Positions 47,993 to 58,270 of a stretch of 64,000 nt of DNA are shown one piece after another. Source of the DNA: a virus; the IMG/VR virus record IMGVR_UViG_3300044695_007092, positions 1-64,000 of that record. The stretch is one strand, 5' to 3'. The position numbers and the translations under genes are program-made. A model generated the notes under the pieces. That model searched no databases. It was given only the letters and a program-made list of their open reading frames with translations, and was not told the origin of the DNA. Within the stretch, counting starts at the first letter, position 1. Each line of letters begins with the position of its first letter.

Positions 47993-49342
47993 ATGCAAGG
48001 TTTTCGAATGCCCAGTGAAAATGCATCCCGTGAGTCAAATCGCGGAGATCATATTTTGAAGCCGGGCTCTGGTATGGTTAAACGCCCATCGTGGGCCAAG
48101 TCTGATCCCACTGTGATACGTATCTTTCCCTGTATCCAAGACGGTAATTTTCAACCTACTCGGTACACCGATACGGATTTTAGTGGATGGTTCTATGCAG
48201 CATCTATGGTATTGGGCTTTGGTAATCCACAAAAGTCTTGGATCGCATACGATCCAGAAGACCGACATTACGATACTCGTAATAATCCTGCTGTAATTGT
48301 ATACGATTTGGCTAATCAAGTAGCTAATGGTAAGGTACGAGGACCTCAGGAATGGGCTCTTATGCTAAAAGGCGGGCAGGGCAGATCTGCGCTTATTTCA
48401 AGGCCAGACACTGCGCTTATTGTTAGGTGTGCTGTTTATGAAAATAAAGGGCAGCCAAACAACCCACCAGACGGGTTAGCTCCAAACCATCAGACTGTCT
48501 TTATGCTTTTAAAGAAGTCAGCTTGGTCAGCTATGAATAAAGAGATTAATTCCTCAAGTGGAGTTAGTTCTGAAAACTCTAATCTAAGGTTTAAGCACGG
48601 AGACGTGGTAAGCCTAGCCGACGGTTCTTACTTTTTATTCTACGAAATGGGGTTCCCTCCTAGAGGCTATGAACACCTAAAAGATGCACCAGCTATGGCT
48701 TCTTATTCTTCAAAGATGAAGCCCATCGGATATGACTGCATCGTAAGCAAAACGTATAGAGGCCAGCCAGCTACGTTTAGTCAGGAAGAAGTAGGCATGA
48801 TCGCCAGGAGAGTAGCTTCTCCTATTAGGGACTGCCTTAATTTTCCTACAGACGAAGAGCAAGTGCGCTTCATAGTGGACAGCATGAGAGATAACTCAGC
48901 TTCCGCAGGGCTTGTAGTACATGCCCTCAGAGACAGATACGAAAGAAGCATCCCAGCTGACTTCGTGAACTTTGGCAATGAATTCTTGAGACAGGTTGGT
49001 CTTATGGCCACCTCTGTATCCAATCCAGGATTCACTCAAGCTTTGCCTACGTATCCTATGCCTACGTACCAGCAAAATACTGCCGGCCTAGCTCCTGTAG
49101 TAGCACCAGTAGGAGTTCCTGTACCTCAGGCTATTCCTTCTAACTACCCACAGGTAGCGGCTCCAGCTATTCCTCAGCCGGTGCCTAGCCCTAATCAGGT
49201 TCCCATGATGCAGAATATGGCTGATATCCAAAGTATGATCAGCAAAAACATATCTGAAGTATCTGAGAACCCAGACAAGATTAGAGACGAGCTTAAAGAT
49301 ATGCTTGCAAGAAATAGAGCAGGTCACAACGTACCTGAGTAG
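47993..49342 (+). CDS. Putative single-stranded DNA-binding/recombination protein with Pro/Gln-rich tail
   Basis: VIRIFP motif near the N-terminus recalls gp32-like SSBs. Directly upstream of the RecA-like gene, strong GGAGG RBS. Confidence 0.45.
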   Translation: MQGFRMPSENASRESNRGDHILKPGSGMVKRPSWAKSDPTVIRIFPCIQDGNFQPTRYTDTDFSGWFYAASMVLGFGNPQKSWIAYDPEDRHYDTRNNPAVIVYDLANQVANGKVRGPQEWALMLKGGQGRSALISRPDTALIVRCAVYENKGQPNNPPDGLAPNHQTVFMLLKKSAWSAMNKEINSSSGVSSENSNLRFKHGDVVSLADGSYFLFYEMGFPPRGYEHLKDAPAMASYSSKMKPIGYDCIVSKTYRGQPATFSQEEVGMIARRVASPIRDCLNFPTDEEQVRFIVDSMRDNSASAGLVVHALRDRYERSIPADFVNFGNEFLRQVGLMATSVSNPGFTQALPTYPMPTYQQNTAGLAPVVAPVGVPVPQAIPSNYPQVAAPAIPQPVPSPNQVPMMQNMADIQSMISKNISEVSENPDKIRDELKDMLARNRAGHNVPE

Positions 49343-49433
49343 TAATTAATAATTGATATGCCTCTTGTTAAGGCGAGAGGCATGTCTATCTTCACGTATT
49401 TACAATAATTTACATATACATATAGAGGGCATC

Positions 49434-50624
49434 ATGGCCAAGAAGAAAGTAGACTTAGCACAGAGCACATTCACTGATTTTTTCTCCACACAGATTAGTT
49501 CATCTCAGAACAATATAGGAAGAAGCGACATATACATGGGCGACGAGTCCCAAGCTGTCGTAATAGGTATTCCTCTTAAGGCTTTTAGCCTTAGGTACTT
49601 CTTTCAAAATGATTGTTTTCCTTTGTCCAGAATGACCGAGCTGTATGGGCCTAGCGGTTCATGCAAGACGGCATTACTGTTTGAGATGTTCAAGTGGCAT
49701 GTGGATTTTTCTGGAGGTTATGTCTACAACCTTACTGAAGCCAGGGATACCCCTGACCTTAGATCAAGTATAATAGGTCATGAAAAAGATAAAGGGTTTC
49801 CAACAAACCTATGCGGGTCTGTAGAAGAGTGGCAGAGAAGTATTACCTTGTGGCTGAAGCAGGGTAGAAAACTATGGCCTAATCTTGGAGGCTGTCCTTT
49901 TCCAGTTGCTATTGGGGTAGACTCCTTGACCGGAGTAACAACCGAGTCAGACATCAGCGACATATGGGAAAAGAACCACGCCTCTATCGGATTTGCAAAA
50001 GGTGCTAATCTTATTAACACTTACTGCAAGTTCCTATTCAACGAGCTAAGAGTATGGCCGTTCAGCTTCATAGGCATTAATCACGTAAAGGTATCTAAGG
50101 ATGCAAGAGGGTTTACCATAAAAAGGGTACCCGGCGGCGATGCCTTGACATACCATGCCACCATGAAGATATATACAAATCTTAAAGATAAGATAGAAAA
50201 GCTTAAAGAGTCTGTAAGAGTTGTAGAGCTCTCTATGGAAAAGAACTCCTTAAGCAACGCAGGAGAAAACAGAGTCATAACCGTATCCATGAAATGGAGC
50301 GTTGATGATGAAGGTAAGCAACATACTTTATGGGATTGGCACGAGGCTACAATAGCAACCATACTCTCTATGTCAGCTACCTTGAAAGGTAAAGCTTGCG
50401 ACCTCCTAGGTCTTGATAACATAGACAAGTCTAGGAAAACAGCAGACTGCTCAGCTCTAGGCCTTACTAAGGCTAGCTGGACAGAGATAGGACAAGCTAT
50501 AGAAGACAACAATGATTTAAGAGAAGCGTTAGATAAGATGCACGGTATCAGAAAAAGAACTCCATTTAAAATTGGAGTTCCATACTGTGATCAGATGTCT
50601 GGCGATTACGAAAGGGATGAGTAA
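49434..50624 (+). CDS. RecA/UvsX-like recombinase
   Basis: TELYGPSGSCKT, IGVDSLT, FIGINH, PGGDALTYHA and MEKNS motifs. Confidence 0.85.
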   Translation: MAKKKVDLAQSTFTDFFSTQISSSQNNIGRSDIYMGDESQAVVIGIPLKAFSLRYFFQNDCFPLSRMTELYGPSGSCKTALLFEMFKWHVDFSGGYVYNLTEARDTPDLRSSIIGHEKDKGFPTNLCGSVEEWQRSITLWLKQGRKLWPNLGGCPFPVAIGVDSLTGVTTESDISDIWEKNHASIGFAKGANLINTYCKFLFNELRVWPFSFIGINHVKVSKDARGFTIKRVPGGDALTYHATMKIYTNLKDKIEKLKESVRVVELSMEKNSLSNAGENRVITVSMKWSVDDEGKQHTLWDWHEATIATILSMSATLKGKACDLLGLDNIDKSRKTADCSALGLTKASWTEIGQAIEDNNDLREALDKMHGIRKRTPFKIGVPYCDQMSGDYERDE

Positions 50625-51183
50625 TATGTTAGACGAAAAGAATGAATTCTTTAAAGACAGGCCATTCGGCATAGACTCAGAGGACACGTCCTCTGAGCTT
50701 GCCGTAAGTGTTCTTCTTAAAAGATTTCCTACAATAGGTTCCCTCAAAGAGTTAAAAACCGCCTGTAAATCCCAAACGTCATCCTCTAGGGTGACGTTAT
50801 CATGGCTTTCTGAAGAGTTTCCTAGTTTCCCAGTAAGGATGGCTTATAAGAAAGTTCCGTGGGTGAGGGATATGTGGGATGGTCTTTATAATAGGTTTAA
50901 AAAGACAGATCTTTATTCATCATGGAAGGAGGAAGAAGATAACTGGAAGTTATTGTCTGAAGAAGAATACTTGGTCAAACCGATGGCTGTAGTTTTTAAT
51001 TGGCCAAAATGGAAGATGTGTTGTATGCATAACTGCGAATCAACAAGATTCGGCGGTGTTTTATTAAACTCTTCCTATGGCAAGACAAGCGACGTCCTAA
51101 AGATAGTCAGAGTAATATCTGGAGAAACCTTTGTTATCGAGCCGTTCGATCAGTTTCTCGGAAATGTAAGTTGGTCTAAGTGA
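50617..51183 (+). CDS. Hypothetical protein
   Basis: ORF 50572..51183, likely start near 50617. Confidence 0.6.
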   Translation: MSNMLDEKNEFFKDRPFGIDSEDTSSELAVSVLLKRFPTIGSLKELKTACKSQTSSSRVTLSWLSEEFPSFPVRMAYKKVPWVRDMWDGLYNRFKKTDLYSSWKEEEDNWKLLSEEEYLVKPMAVVFNWPKWKMCCMHNCESTRFGGVLLNSSYGKTSDVLKIVRVISGETFVIEPFDQFLGNVSWSK

Positions 51184-51198
51184 CTAGAAAGGTCAATC

Positions 51199-51591
51199 AT
51201 GCAAGACAATAAGAATCTATCAGTGCAGCTTTATAAGTCTCTTCATCTACCCTGCACGGCTGATAGCTCGCAGACTACTAACGTTACTAACTCAGATCGA
51301 TACCTAGAAGTTCAGGTAGTTTATCTTCCTGACTGCTGCCCCAAGCTTTCTTCAGAAGAAAGGCTGAGACGGGAAAACGTAGATAGGGACTGGTTTAAAA
51401 CATTGATGGATCTCAATCCTAATATTGATAATCTATCAAATGTTGTAGACGCAGCTGCTAAGGCCTTCATAGAAACCGTTAAGCCTATTAACCTAGGTAT
51501 CTCGGTGGTGCTTAGCGGCACTGCTGACAAGAATGAGTTTTGTACTAAGTCCGTTACCTATAATTGGGACAGGGATGTAACAGATGCATAG
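51199..51591 (+). CDS. Hypothetical protein
   Basis: 130 aa, AGAAAGG RBS. Confidence 0.6.
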   Translation: MQDNKNLSVQLYKSLHLPCTADSSQTTNVTNSDRYLEVQVVYLPDCCPKLSSEERLRRENVDRDWFKTLMDLNPNIDNLSNVVDAAAKAFIETVKPINLGISVVLSGTADKNEFCTKSVTYNWDRDVTDA

Positions 51592-52756
51592 ACCAGACGG
51601 AAGTAACTCGGATTCCTTAGCTGTTTCAGTAAAAGGACTTATGTTCAATAGTACTGAATACAATAAGCTTTTAGATTTCCTAGCAGATCAGGAAAGGGTT
51701 ACTGAGTCTTGGCTTATAGACGACGAGTCTCAGATAGCTCTTACTCGAAAAGGTAAGACTGTAGGAGGCGATAAGATGTCCTGGTTGGCGCTACGCCAGA
51801 TCTGTAAGAATCTATCTTCAGGTCTGGCGTCTTCTTTATCCGATCTTATAGGCCTTAAAAGGGCCGTAGACGATATGGATAGGCCTCCCAAGATGATAGC
51901 AGACCCTGATGATGACTTCACAATAGGTGAAGCGGCTACTCTTTACAACCTTGCTCTGAAAAAGAGATTTGGAAGGCTCTTCGGCTTCCAGGTAGTCAGG
52001 AATACAGAGACAAAGGTAATAGAGGCAGTTGTAGGTGCAAAGTATAGACGAATATCCAATAACGACTTTCTATCTGCCGTTTCTAACATCATAGAGTCTT
52101 TGGACCTCAAGTTTCAATTCAGGTCTGCGTCTATGTACGACAGAAAAATGTCTATGATATATACGTTAAAAGATTACGAAGACTGCGCCCTAACTCCAGG
52201 CCTGCTAATAAGTAACAGCGAAATAGGTGATGCGGCTATAAAGGCAACTATAGTACTGATCGACAGTACAGATGCTATTATGTCAGCACCCTATGGTAAA
52301 CTTGGTCGTGTGGCTCATTCAGGAAGAGATTTATTAGGTAAGCTGTCTCAACTCATAACTGGTGTAACATCCAGACTCACTAATAACACTTTTACCAAAG
52401 ACGGCCTTAATAAGCGTGTGGAAAGCAATAAGGCTAAGTCTTTAGGGTTTAAGGGAGAAGGCGAGGACGAGGAAAGATTTAAACAGCTAATAGAATTCCT
52501 AACTGATAGATGTGACATGAATTATATGACGGCCAAGAGGTGTCTTGCTAAGACCCTTGCTGGAACTGATTTGGAGAAAGGCACATTCTCCATGTTAGAA
52601 CGGTCTACGACTTGGCCAAAGAGGTCTACTATGTGCTTGGTTGAGGTAATTACCAGAGAATGCAGAGATCATCTACTTTTGGGCTTCTTTCCTAAGGAAA
52701 GACTTGAAAGGCTAGCCTGGTCTCTGTTTTTCAATAAATTATCCGTACCGGATTAG
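51584..52756 (+). CDS. DUF932-like protein
   Basis: AVVGAKYRRISN, PGLLISNSEIG..A and RVAHSG pattern. Confidence 0.6.
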   Translation: MHRPDGSNSDSLAVSVKGLMFNSTEYNKLLDFLADQERVTESWLIDDESQIALTRKGKTVGGDKMSWLALRQICKNLSSGLASSLSDLIGLKRAVDDMDRPPKMIADPDDDFTIGEAATLYNLALKKRFGRLFGFQVVRNTETKVIEAVVGAKYRRISNNDFLSAVSNIIESLDLKFQFRSASMYDRKMSMIYTLKDYEDCALTPGLLISNSEIGDAAIKATIVLIDSTDAIMSAPYGKLGRVAHSGRDLLGKLSQLITGVTSRLTNNTFTKDGLNKRVESNKAKSLGFKGEGEDEERFKQLIEFLTDRCDMNYMTAKRCLAKTLAGTDLEKGTFSMLERSTTWPKRSTMCLVEVITRECRDHLLLGFFPKERLERLAWSLFFNKLSVPD

Positions 52757-52790
52757 CCGGATGGTAACTTTTTTCACATTGAGGTGTAAC

Positions 52791-53705
52791 ATGACAGATA
52801 AATTTGTGGCCTTAAGTAAAACAACTACAGCAGCAGTTAACCCCCATGATATTGAGGATAAACTGAGCGAAGATGTATCAGAGCTTACAAAAGCTGAGCT
52901 TGATTTAAGAAAGAAAGCAATAGATGGCATGGATGAAAATCTAAAGTCTATCTACGAAGAAGAGATGGAAGCGTATAAGAACCATAGGGGTGATATCGTT
53001 AGCTTCAACTATGATCGCGGCTTGGTAGCTGCAGAAGTAAATCGCAATCCCTCTTATGGCGCCGCAGCAGTTGATCTCTTATCCACTGCACTAGGAGTAG
53101 ATCGTTCTACGGTTTATAAAACCATTAGATTCAGCAATATGTACAGCACCAAGAACGACTTGGATAGCGTATTGAAAAAGGCTGAGGGTAATGGCATTAC
53201 TCTTACATGGTCTCACTTTGCCACTGTCTTACATATTCCAGAGACAGAAGATTCGACAGATCCTCACGAAGATCGTCGTAAGATGATTGATACTGCTATA
53301 GAAAATAAGCTTTCTGTAAGGGCACTCGCTGCTGAAGTAAAGCTTGTTTACGGTAATAAGACCTCTAAGAAGGCAAGCACTGCTAGAGCTAATGTAAAAT
53401 CTTTGTTTAAGCAGCTTGAGGGCGGTAACACAAGGTTTGCAGTAAAGATTAAGAAAAAGGCAGAAGAGCTCATTAATGACTTTGATGAAGCGGTAGAGAC
53501 AGGCTCAGCTGAAGATATCAAGTCTTATCTTGAGAGGTCTGAAGGCCTTAGATCTAGCTTAGAAGGTTTAATAGACCTATTGGAAAGGGTAAAGTCCTTT
53601 ATAGCAAAGTTTCCAGCCAAGATTCATGCCACAGCCTCCGATCGTAAAAAGATCGCTGATACAAGGGATGAGTCTGACACAAAGAAACATAAGATCTCAA
53701 AGTAA
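52791..53705 (+). CDS. YhcG/DUF1016 N-terminal-like helical DNA-binding protein
   Basis: YG..AVDLLS..LG....YKTIRF..Y, LTWSHF and LSVRAL, followed by a coiled coil instead of a nuclease domain. Confidence 0.55.
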   Translation: MTDKFVALSKTTTAAVNPHDIEDKLSEDVSELTKAELDLRKKAIDGMDENLKSIYEEEMEAYKNHRGDIVSFNYDRGLVAAEVNRNPSYGAAAVDLLSTALGVDRSTVYKTIRFSNMYSTKNDLDSVLKKAEGNGITLTWSHFATVLHIPETEDSTDPHEDRRKMIDTAIENKLSVRALAAEVKLVYGNKTSKKASTARANVKSLFKQLEGGNTRFAVKIKKKAEELINDFDEAVETGSAEDIKSYLERSEGLRSSLEGLIDLLERVKSFIAKFPAKIHATASDRKKIADTRDESDTKKHKISK

Positions 53706-54397
53706 TGTCAACCACCATATGCTGTTTAATTTACGGCGATTATCCAAAGCTCGCTGATAGGTGCCTTAGGCCTATCAGCGAGCTTTATAAACATGGCGTC
53801 GAAGTTAGGATTGGATGTAATGACATGTCCAAGGCCACTGAAGACGTAATTAACCAACTGTTCTCTCCATCAGATAATCTAACGGTAATAAAGAACAGCC
53901 CTCAGATATATAAGTACCCAATGATGAGAAAGCTATTTAATTGCAAGCCAATAGTGACCGACAAGGTTATGTGGTTTGATGATGATAGCTATATAAAAGA
54001 CCCTAATCCAGTAGCCTGGCTCAAGTCTGTAGAGTCCCTAATGATAGACAAGAAGGCTGATATGATAGGGTCGCTATACCATATACCTGTATCCCCTAAA
54101 CAAAAAGAGTGGAGACGTCTCCACTGTTCTTGGTTTAAGGTAGGCATGCATACCGGCAAGACATTGTTTGCTACTGGCGGATGGTGGGCAATAAGTACTA
54201 ATGTGTTAGTACAGTACGACTGGCCACATCCACTTTTAAAGCATAGAGGCGGTGATGTATTGCTAGGAGAGCTTATGAGGCACGCATCTTTGAACTTGGT
54301 AAAGTTCAACAACGGTGTAGCCATAAACGCGGATAACGACGGAAAAGAGTCAGCATCTAAAAGACGAGGATACGACGAGCCTCCAATAGGTTCCTAA
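53705..54397 (+). CDS. GT-A fold glycosyltransferase-like protein, paralogue of the C-domain of 3866..5797
   Basis: LIYGDYP..RCL, YKYPMMR, WFDDD, FATGGWW and HRGGD, versus LVYGNYP..RCL, FKYPCMR, WFDDD, FASGSCW and HNGGD. Confidence 0.75.
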   Translation: MSTTICCLIYGDYPKLADRCLRPISELYKHGVEVRIGCNDMSKATEDVINQLFSPSDNLTVIKNSPQIYKYPMMRKLFNCKPIVTDKVMWFDDDSYIKDPNPVAWLKSVESLMIDKKADMIGSLYHIPVSPKQKEWRRLHCSWFKVGMHTGKTLFATGGWWAISTNVLVQYDWPHPLLKHRGGDVLLGELMRHASLNLVKFNNGVAINADNDGKESASKRRGYDEPPIGS

Positions 54398-54414
54398 TAT
54401 GATTGGAGTTAATC

Positions 54415-55356
54415 ATGGCAAAAAAGGATTTAGAGCATGAAAAGATTAAAGTGTCTATCAGGAAGATACAGGACGTGCGTCAACGAGTTATTGATTGTCT
54501 TCGTCCTTTTATTGGCGGCACTATTACTGGCGATATGTTTGATAGGGCTGTTGCTGCTTTATCGTTCTCTGTTCCAAAGTCCTGCCTCAACATTACCTGC
54601 AGTCAGGATATGCTATCAAAGTTCACAAGACAGCCTATTACTTCAAAAGATGTAAGAATGATGTCTGCAAGGATAGCCGGAAACCTAGACTTTATAATGC
54701 AGGGCAACCCCTTATACGATAACGACTGGAAGTCTAGATCTGATTGGGGTCTTATGCAGGTATTTGGTGTAGAGAAGGCTGTGCGAACGTTTAAAGATGG
54801 TAACAGTCAGGCAGGGGCCTGGATGGATATAGACATACACTCTGGGCCAGCCAGCGGTCATAAGATAAAAAAGTTCTGGTCAAATGATATGTTTAGCTTT
54901 GCTAGATATAGACTTGGCTTCAGTTACCCTATTACATCTCCAACCTCTAGAGCTGTATGTAGTTATCCTTTTTTAGATGAGTCCTATGTATTCGGCTTAT
55001 ACTTTCTAGGCTACTTTGACCATCTAGCGCTTAGAGGGGATAGACCAGAGTATACTAAATTTGTATGCACAGACTATTTAGTAGAGGCTAATAGAAAGCT
55101 TTTGAGGAAAAGGTTAAGGGCTATTCATAACGATGGAGACTTTAAATGCCCTATGAATATGCCTTCTTCAACTCATTGCCATAAGTGCCCTGCTGGAGTA
55201 GATAGGTGTGAAGCTGCGGTAAAACGTAAGTCATATATATCTGGAGACTGCAAAAAATGCGGGAAGTTATCATGGATAGATCCTGATAAGCCTGACTCTT
55301 GCATTAATTGTGTTTACTCGTTAAGCTTACACGTAATTCATAAGTCAAAAGACTAG
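54415..55356 (+). CDS. Hypothetical protein with C-terminal multi-Cys Zn-binding region
   Basis: CP..HCHKCP...C..CKKC..CINC. Confidence 0.65.
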   Translation: MAKKDLEHEKIKVSIRKIQDVRQRVIDCLRPFIGGTITGDMFDRAVAALSFSVPKSCLNITCSQDMLSKFTRQPITSKDVRMMSARIAGNLDFIMQGNPLYDNDWKSRSDWGLMQVFGVEKAVRTFKDGNSQAGAWMDIDIHSGPASGHKIKKFWSNDMFSFARYRLGFSYPITSPTSRAVCSYPFLDESYVFGLYFLGYFDHLALRGDRPEYTKFVCTDYLVEANRKLLRKRLRAIHNDGDFKCPMNMPSSTHCHKCPAGVDRCEAAVKRKSYISGDCKKCGKLSWIDPDKPDSCINCVYSLSLHVIHKSKD

Positions 55357-55399
55357 AAAGACAGTATGCATCACTTTATAAGGAAAGGGACTACATAAC

Positions 55400-55897
55400 G
55401 TGGCTACCAATATATTGGGTCATGTGGACAAGAGAAGGTATAACCCAAGCCGAGACATAGCTTATTGCTGGCCCTGGATAATGAGGGCATCTATGGATAG
55501 GGTTACATCTGGAACAGGAGAGCCTTGGGCATTAAAGGTAATAGAAAAGTACAATATCAGTAATGAAGAGCTCGTAAAAGTGGCCAAATGCCTGGCCTCT
55601 TTTATGGCGCTATGCAATAAACCAGAAGAATCTCCATCCAATCCAAAAGATGCAGTCGAGGCCAGCGGCCTTTTCGATTGCAGCGAAGAAGCCAGATTAC
55701 TAGTTTTATCAGCCATGGGTGAAACCATGTTGGCTGCTTTCTTTTTAGCTATCAGAGACGTTCTGGTTGAGGATGAACCATCGCCTCTTAATGATAAAAG
55801 GTTTGCAGAACTAGTACAGGCTTCTATGGATAAACTTTGTTTAAGGAACGAATCATTTTTCAGACGTACTCTGAGAAAGATAAGGTCCTGGTTCTAA
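55400..55897 (+). CDS. Hypothetical protein
   Basis: 165 aa. Confidence 0.65.
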   Translation: MATNILGHVDKRRYNPSRDIAYCWPWIMRASMDRVTSGTGEPWALKVIEKYNISNEELVKVAKCLASFMALCNKPEESPSNPKDAVEASGLFDCSEEARLLVLSAMGETMLAAFFLAIRDVLVEDEPSPLNDKRFAELVQASMDKLCLRNESFFRRTLRKIRSWF

Positions 55898-55912
55898 TAT
55901 GATTGGATAGTC

Positions 55913-56689
55913 ATGGATGACGGTAGTATATGGTTATTGCAGACGATTTCTAAATTAGGCCCTCTACCTGTAAACTATTTAGTATTTGATATAGAGTCCA
56001 CAGGGCTAGATCTCAAAAACGACATAGTCGTTCAGCTTGGTTATGCAGTCGTAGTGGATAAGAAGCTTGTAGACTGCTCTTATTACATACCAGACTGGAC
56101 GCACGACAGGGATCATCACTTCTGTGAGTGGCTTGAAAATAGAATGCTATCTACAAAGAAGAGCATGGACGCCAGAGCCCCTGGCCAGCCGTCTATGTAT
56201 AAGCACAGCACTGCCAGAATGAAGTCACACGGCGTCCCCGTACAGGAGGCCTTTAATAACTTCATGGATATCGTAAGGATATGCAAATCCCACAACTTCA
56301 GCCTTATAGCCCACAATGGTTTAAAGTTTGACCAACCTATGCTTAATAATAATATTAAGCAAGTACTTGGAGATCATGAGTCATTTGAGTTTGAAAAAAT
56401 GGGAATAGGCTACTTTGATACCATGGGCCTCGAAAGAGGGCTATATAGCAGAATACAGCCTTATCCTGAAGATAGTTGGATGAGCTTCACAGGGCGGCTT
56501 GTAAAAGAAGGAGGAAAAATATATTCTTCTTTGGATAGGCACTGTGCGAATAAGTACAATTTAATAAATAAATATAATATGAGTGGTAGTGCTCATGAAG
56601 CTGACTTTGATTGTAAACTTACACACTATCTTTTTGAAGAATATAGAAGCATGTGCGAAAAGGCCAAAAGTAACTTACTGAAAGCATAG
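55913..56689 (+). CDS. DEDDh 3'-5' exonuclease (DnaQ-like)
   Basis: FDIESTG, AHNG.KFD, FDT and AHEADFD motifs. Confidence 0.88.
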   Translation: MDDGSIWLLQTISKLGPLPVNYLVFDIESTGLDLKNDIVVQLGYAVVVDKKLVDCSYYIPDWTHDRDHHFCEWLENRMLSTKKSMDARAPGQPSMYKHSTARMKSHGVPVQEAFNNFMDIVRICKSHNFSLIAHNGLKFDQPMLNNNIKQVLGDHESFEFEKMGIGYFDTMGLERGLYSRIQPYPEDSWMSFTGRLVKEGGKIYSSLDRHCANKYNLINKYNMSGSAHEADFDCKLTHYLFEEYRSMCEKAKSNLLKA

Positions 56690-56691
56690 AC

Positions 56692-57333
56692 ATGAAATTA
56701 AATGTAGAGAAGTACCCAGAAGAACTAGGCGAAAAGGTTTCTAATGGAAGAGTAGAAGGTACTAAGACCGTACTGGGATTAGACCTTGGAACAAACTGTG
56801 GTTACTCTTATTGCTTCATACATAATAAGCTTGGTGATAAGCCTAGAATATATGCGGGGCAGCTAGACCTATCAGCCGGCCCTTATGACTCTGGAGCTAT
56901 AAGGTTTCTAAGGCTAAGGCATTTCTTATCAGCAATTAAGCCCGATCTTATAGCTTATGAAGATGTAAGATATACTCCTTCGGTAAAGGGGTTTATGAGC
57001 GCAGGTGCTCTACTAGCAAGAGCTGCTCCAGCTTGCGAGTGGTTCGGTGCATTAAAGGCTACCGTAAGCACATGGGCAGAAGAAAACGGAGTTCCGTGCA
57101 CAGGTATACCTATTGGATCAATAAAGAAAAGGGCCACAGGAAAGGGCAATGCTAATAAGGTAGATATCATCAAGGCCTGTAATAATGAATTCGGATTTGA
57201 TTTTGATCACGAAGGCTATGAGTCCTCTGGTGCAGACAACGTAGCCGATTCTGTATACGTATGCACTCTTGCAGTAGAGTCATATGGTTTAGGGTTTAAC
57301 CCAGAAAGAGAGAATGAGGATGCACGTCAATAA
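56692..57333 (+). CDS. RuvC-like Holliday junction resolvase
   Basis: LGLDLGT, AYEDV, IKKRATGKGNANK and DNVADS motifs. Confidence 0.85.
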   Translation: MKLNVEKYPEELGEKVSNGRVEGTKTVLGLDLGTNCGYSYCFIHNKLGDKPRIYAGQLDLSAGPYDSGAIRFLRLRHFLSAIKPDLIAYEDVRYTPSVKGFMSAGALLARAAPACEWFGALKATVSTWAEENGVPCTGIPIGSIKKRATGKGNANKVDIIKACNNEFGFDFDHEGYESSGADNVADSVYVCTLAVESYGLGFNPERENEDARQ

Positions 57334-58270
57334 TAGTAAGGTATCTCACGCAGTAAAAGATTCTTTAAGATCAGTCCTTATCGAGCAAGCTAACGGTCCC
57401 GGCAGCCTATACTTTATGGATGCTCTTAAGCTGGCTAGAATGTTAGAGAAGGCCGCACTAGATGACATACAAGCTAAAGCTACGGCTATGGGCGCTAGTG
57501 CGGAGGCTGTTGATAAGCTAAAGCGCGATATAGTTTACATGGCTAAGTCGAATCCCATAGAAAACTATAGGATATCCAAAGCTTGTAGCAAAGCTTCAAA
57601 GTATCTATCCGACTCAGCTAGCAAAGAAGACGACATTGAAAAAGAAATTCCAAAGTGCAAGCCCCTGTATAACAGAGAAAAGTACATGCAGAGGTTTGAT
57701 GCCGGGTTTGACAACGAAGAGCTGATTAGCTCTAGCGTACCTAATTTGTTTGTGGGTAAGAGAGAAGACTTAGATGTAGTTATCAGTTACATATTAGACA
57801 GGTGCGAGATCAACGAGAACTGTTGTCTACATCTTAGTCTTAAGAGTTTCAACAAGAAGCTTAATAAGAACTACAAAAAGCTAAGGCCAGAGGAGTGGGA
57901 GGGTAAGCTAAAATCTAGAAACTCATCAGGAATGAAAAGCCTACTTGCTATTGGTAGTAAGCTTAAACCTTTAGAAGTACTTGTAGTGGACGAACTGAGC
58001 GTAGGCTACGGCCCATCAGAAAAAGAATACTCTAATCTTAAAAAAGCACACATGTGCTATAACAATTGCAGCCTTAGCACCTGCGCTAGAGGGGTTGTTC
58101 TTTTGGCTTTCCAAGAAGCAGACTCAGCTGATAAGGTTAAAGATGCTGCAGCCATTACCTCAATGGTTGATAAGTCTAGATACTACGAATGCCTGTCAGA
58201 CGGCAAGAATGTATTTTTGAGAGATAAAAACTGTAACGTAGTCCTGACAATATGTAAGGATAAGGAATGA
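57314..58270 (+). CDS. Hypothetical protein
   Basis: 318-aa ORF. Confidence 0.65.
   Translation: MRMHVNNSKVSHAVKDSLRSVLIEQANGPGSLYFMDALKLARMLEKAALDDIQAKATAMGASAEAVDKLKRDIVYMAKSNPIENYRISKACSKASKYLSDSASKEDDIEKEIPKCKPLYNREKYMQRFDAGFDNEELISSSVPNLFVGKREDLDVVISYILDRCEINENCCLHLSLKSFNKKLNKNYKKLRPEEWEGKLKSRNSSGMKSLLAIGSKLKPLEVLVVDELSVGYGPSEKEYSNLKKAHMCYNNCSLSTCARGVVLLAFQEADSADKVKDAAAITSMVDKSRYYECLSDGKNVFLRDKNCNVVLTICKDKE

Noticed and set aside
55741-55752. Additional TTTTTAGCTAT match
   Set aside because: It lies inside a coding sequence (FFLAI) with no preceding hairpin and is likely chance.
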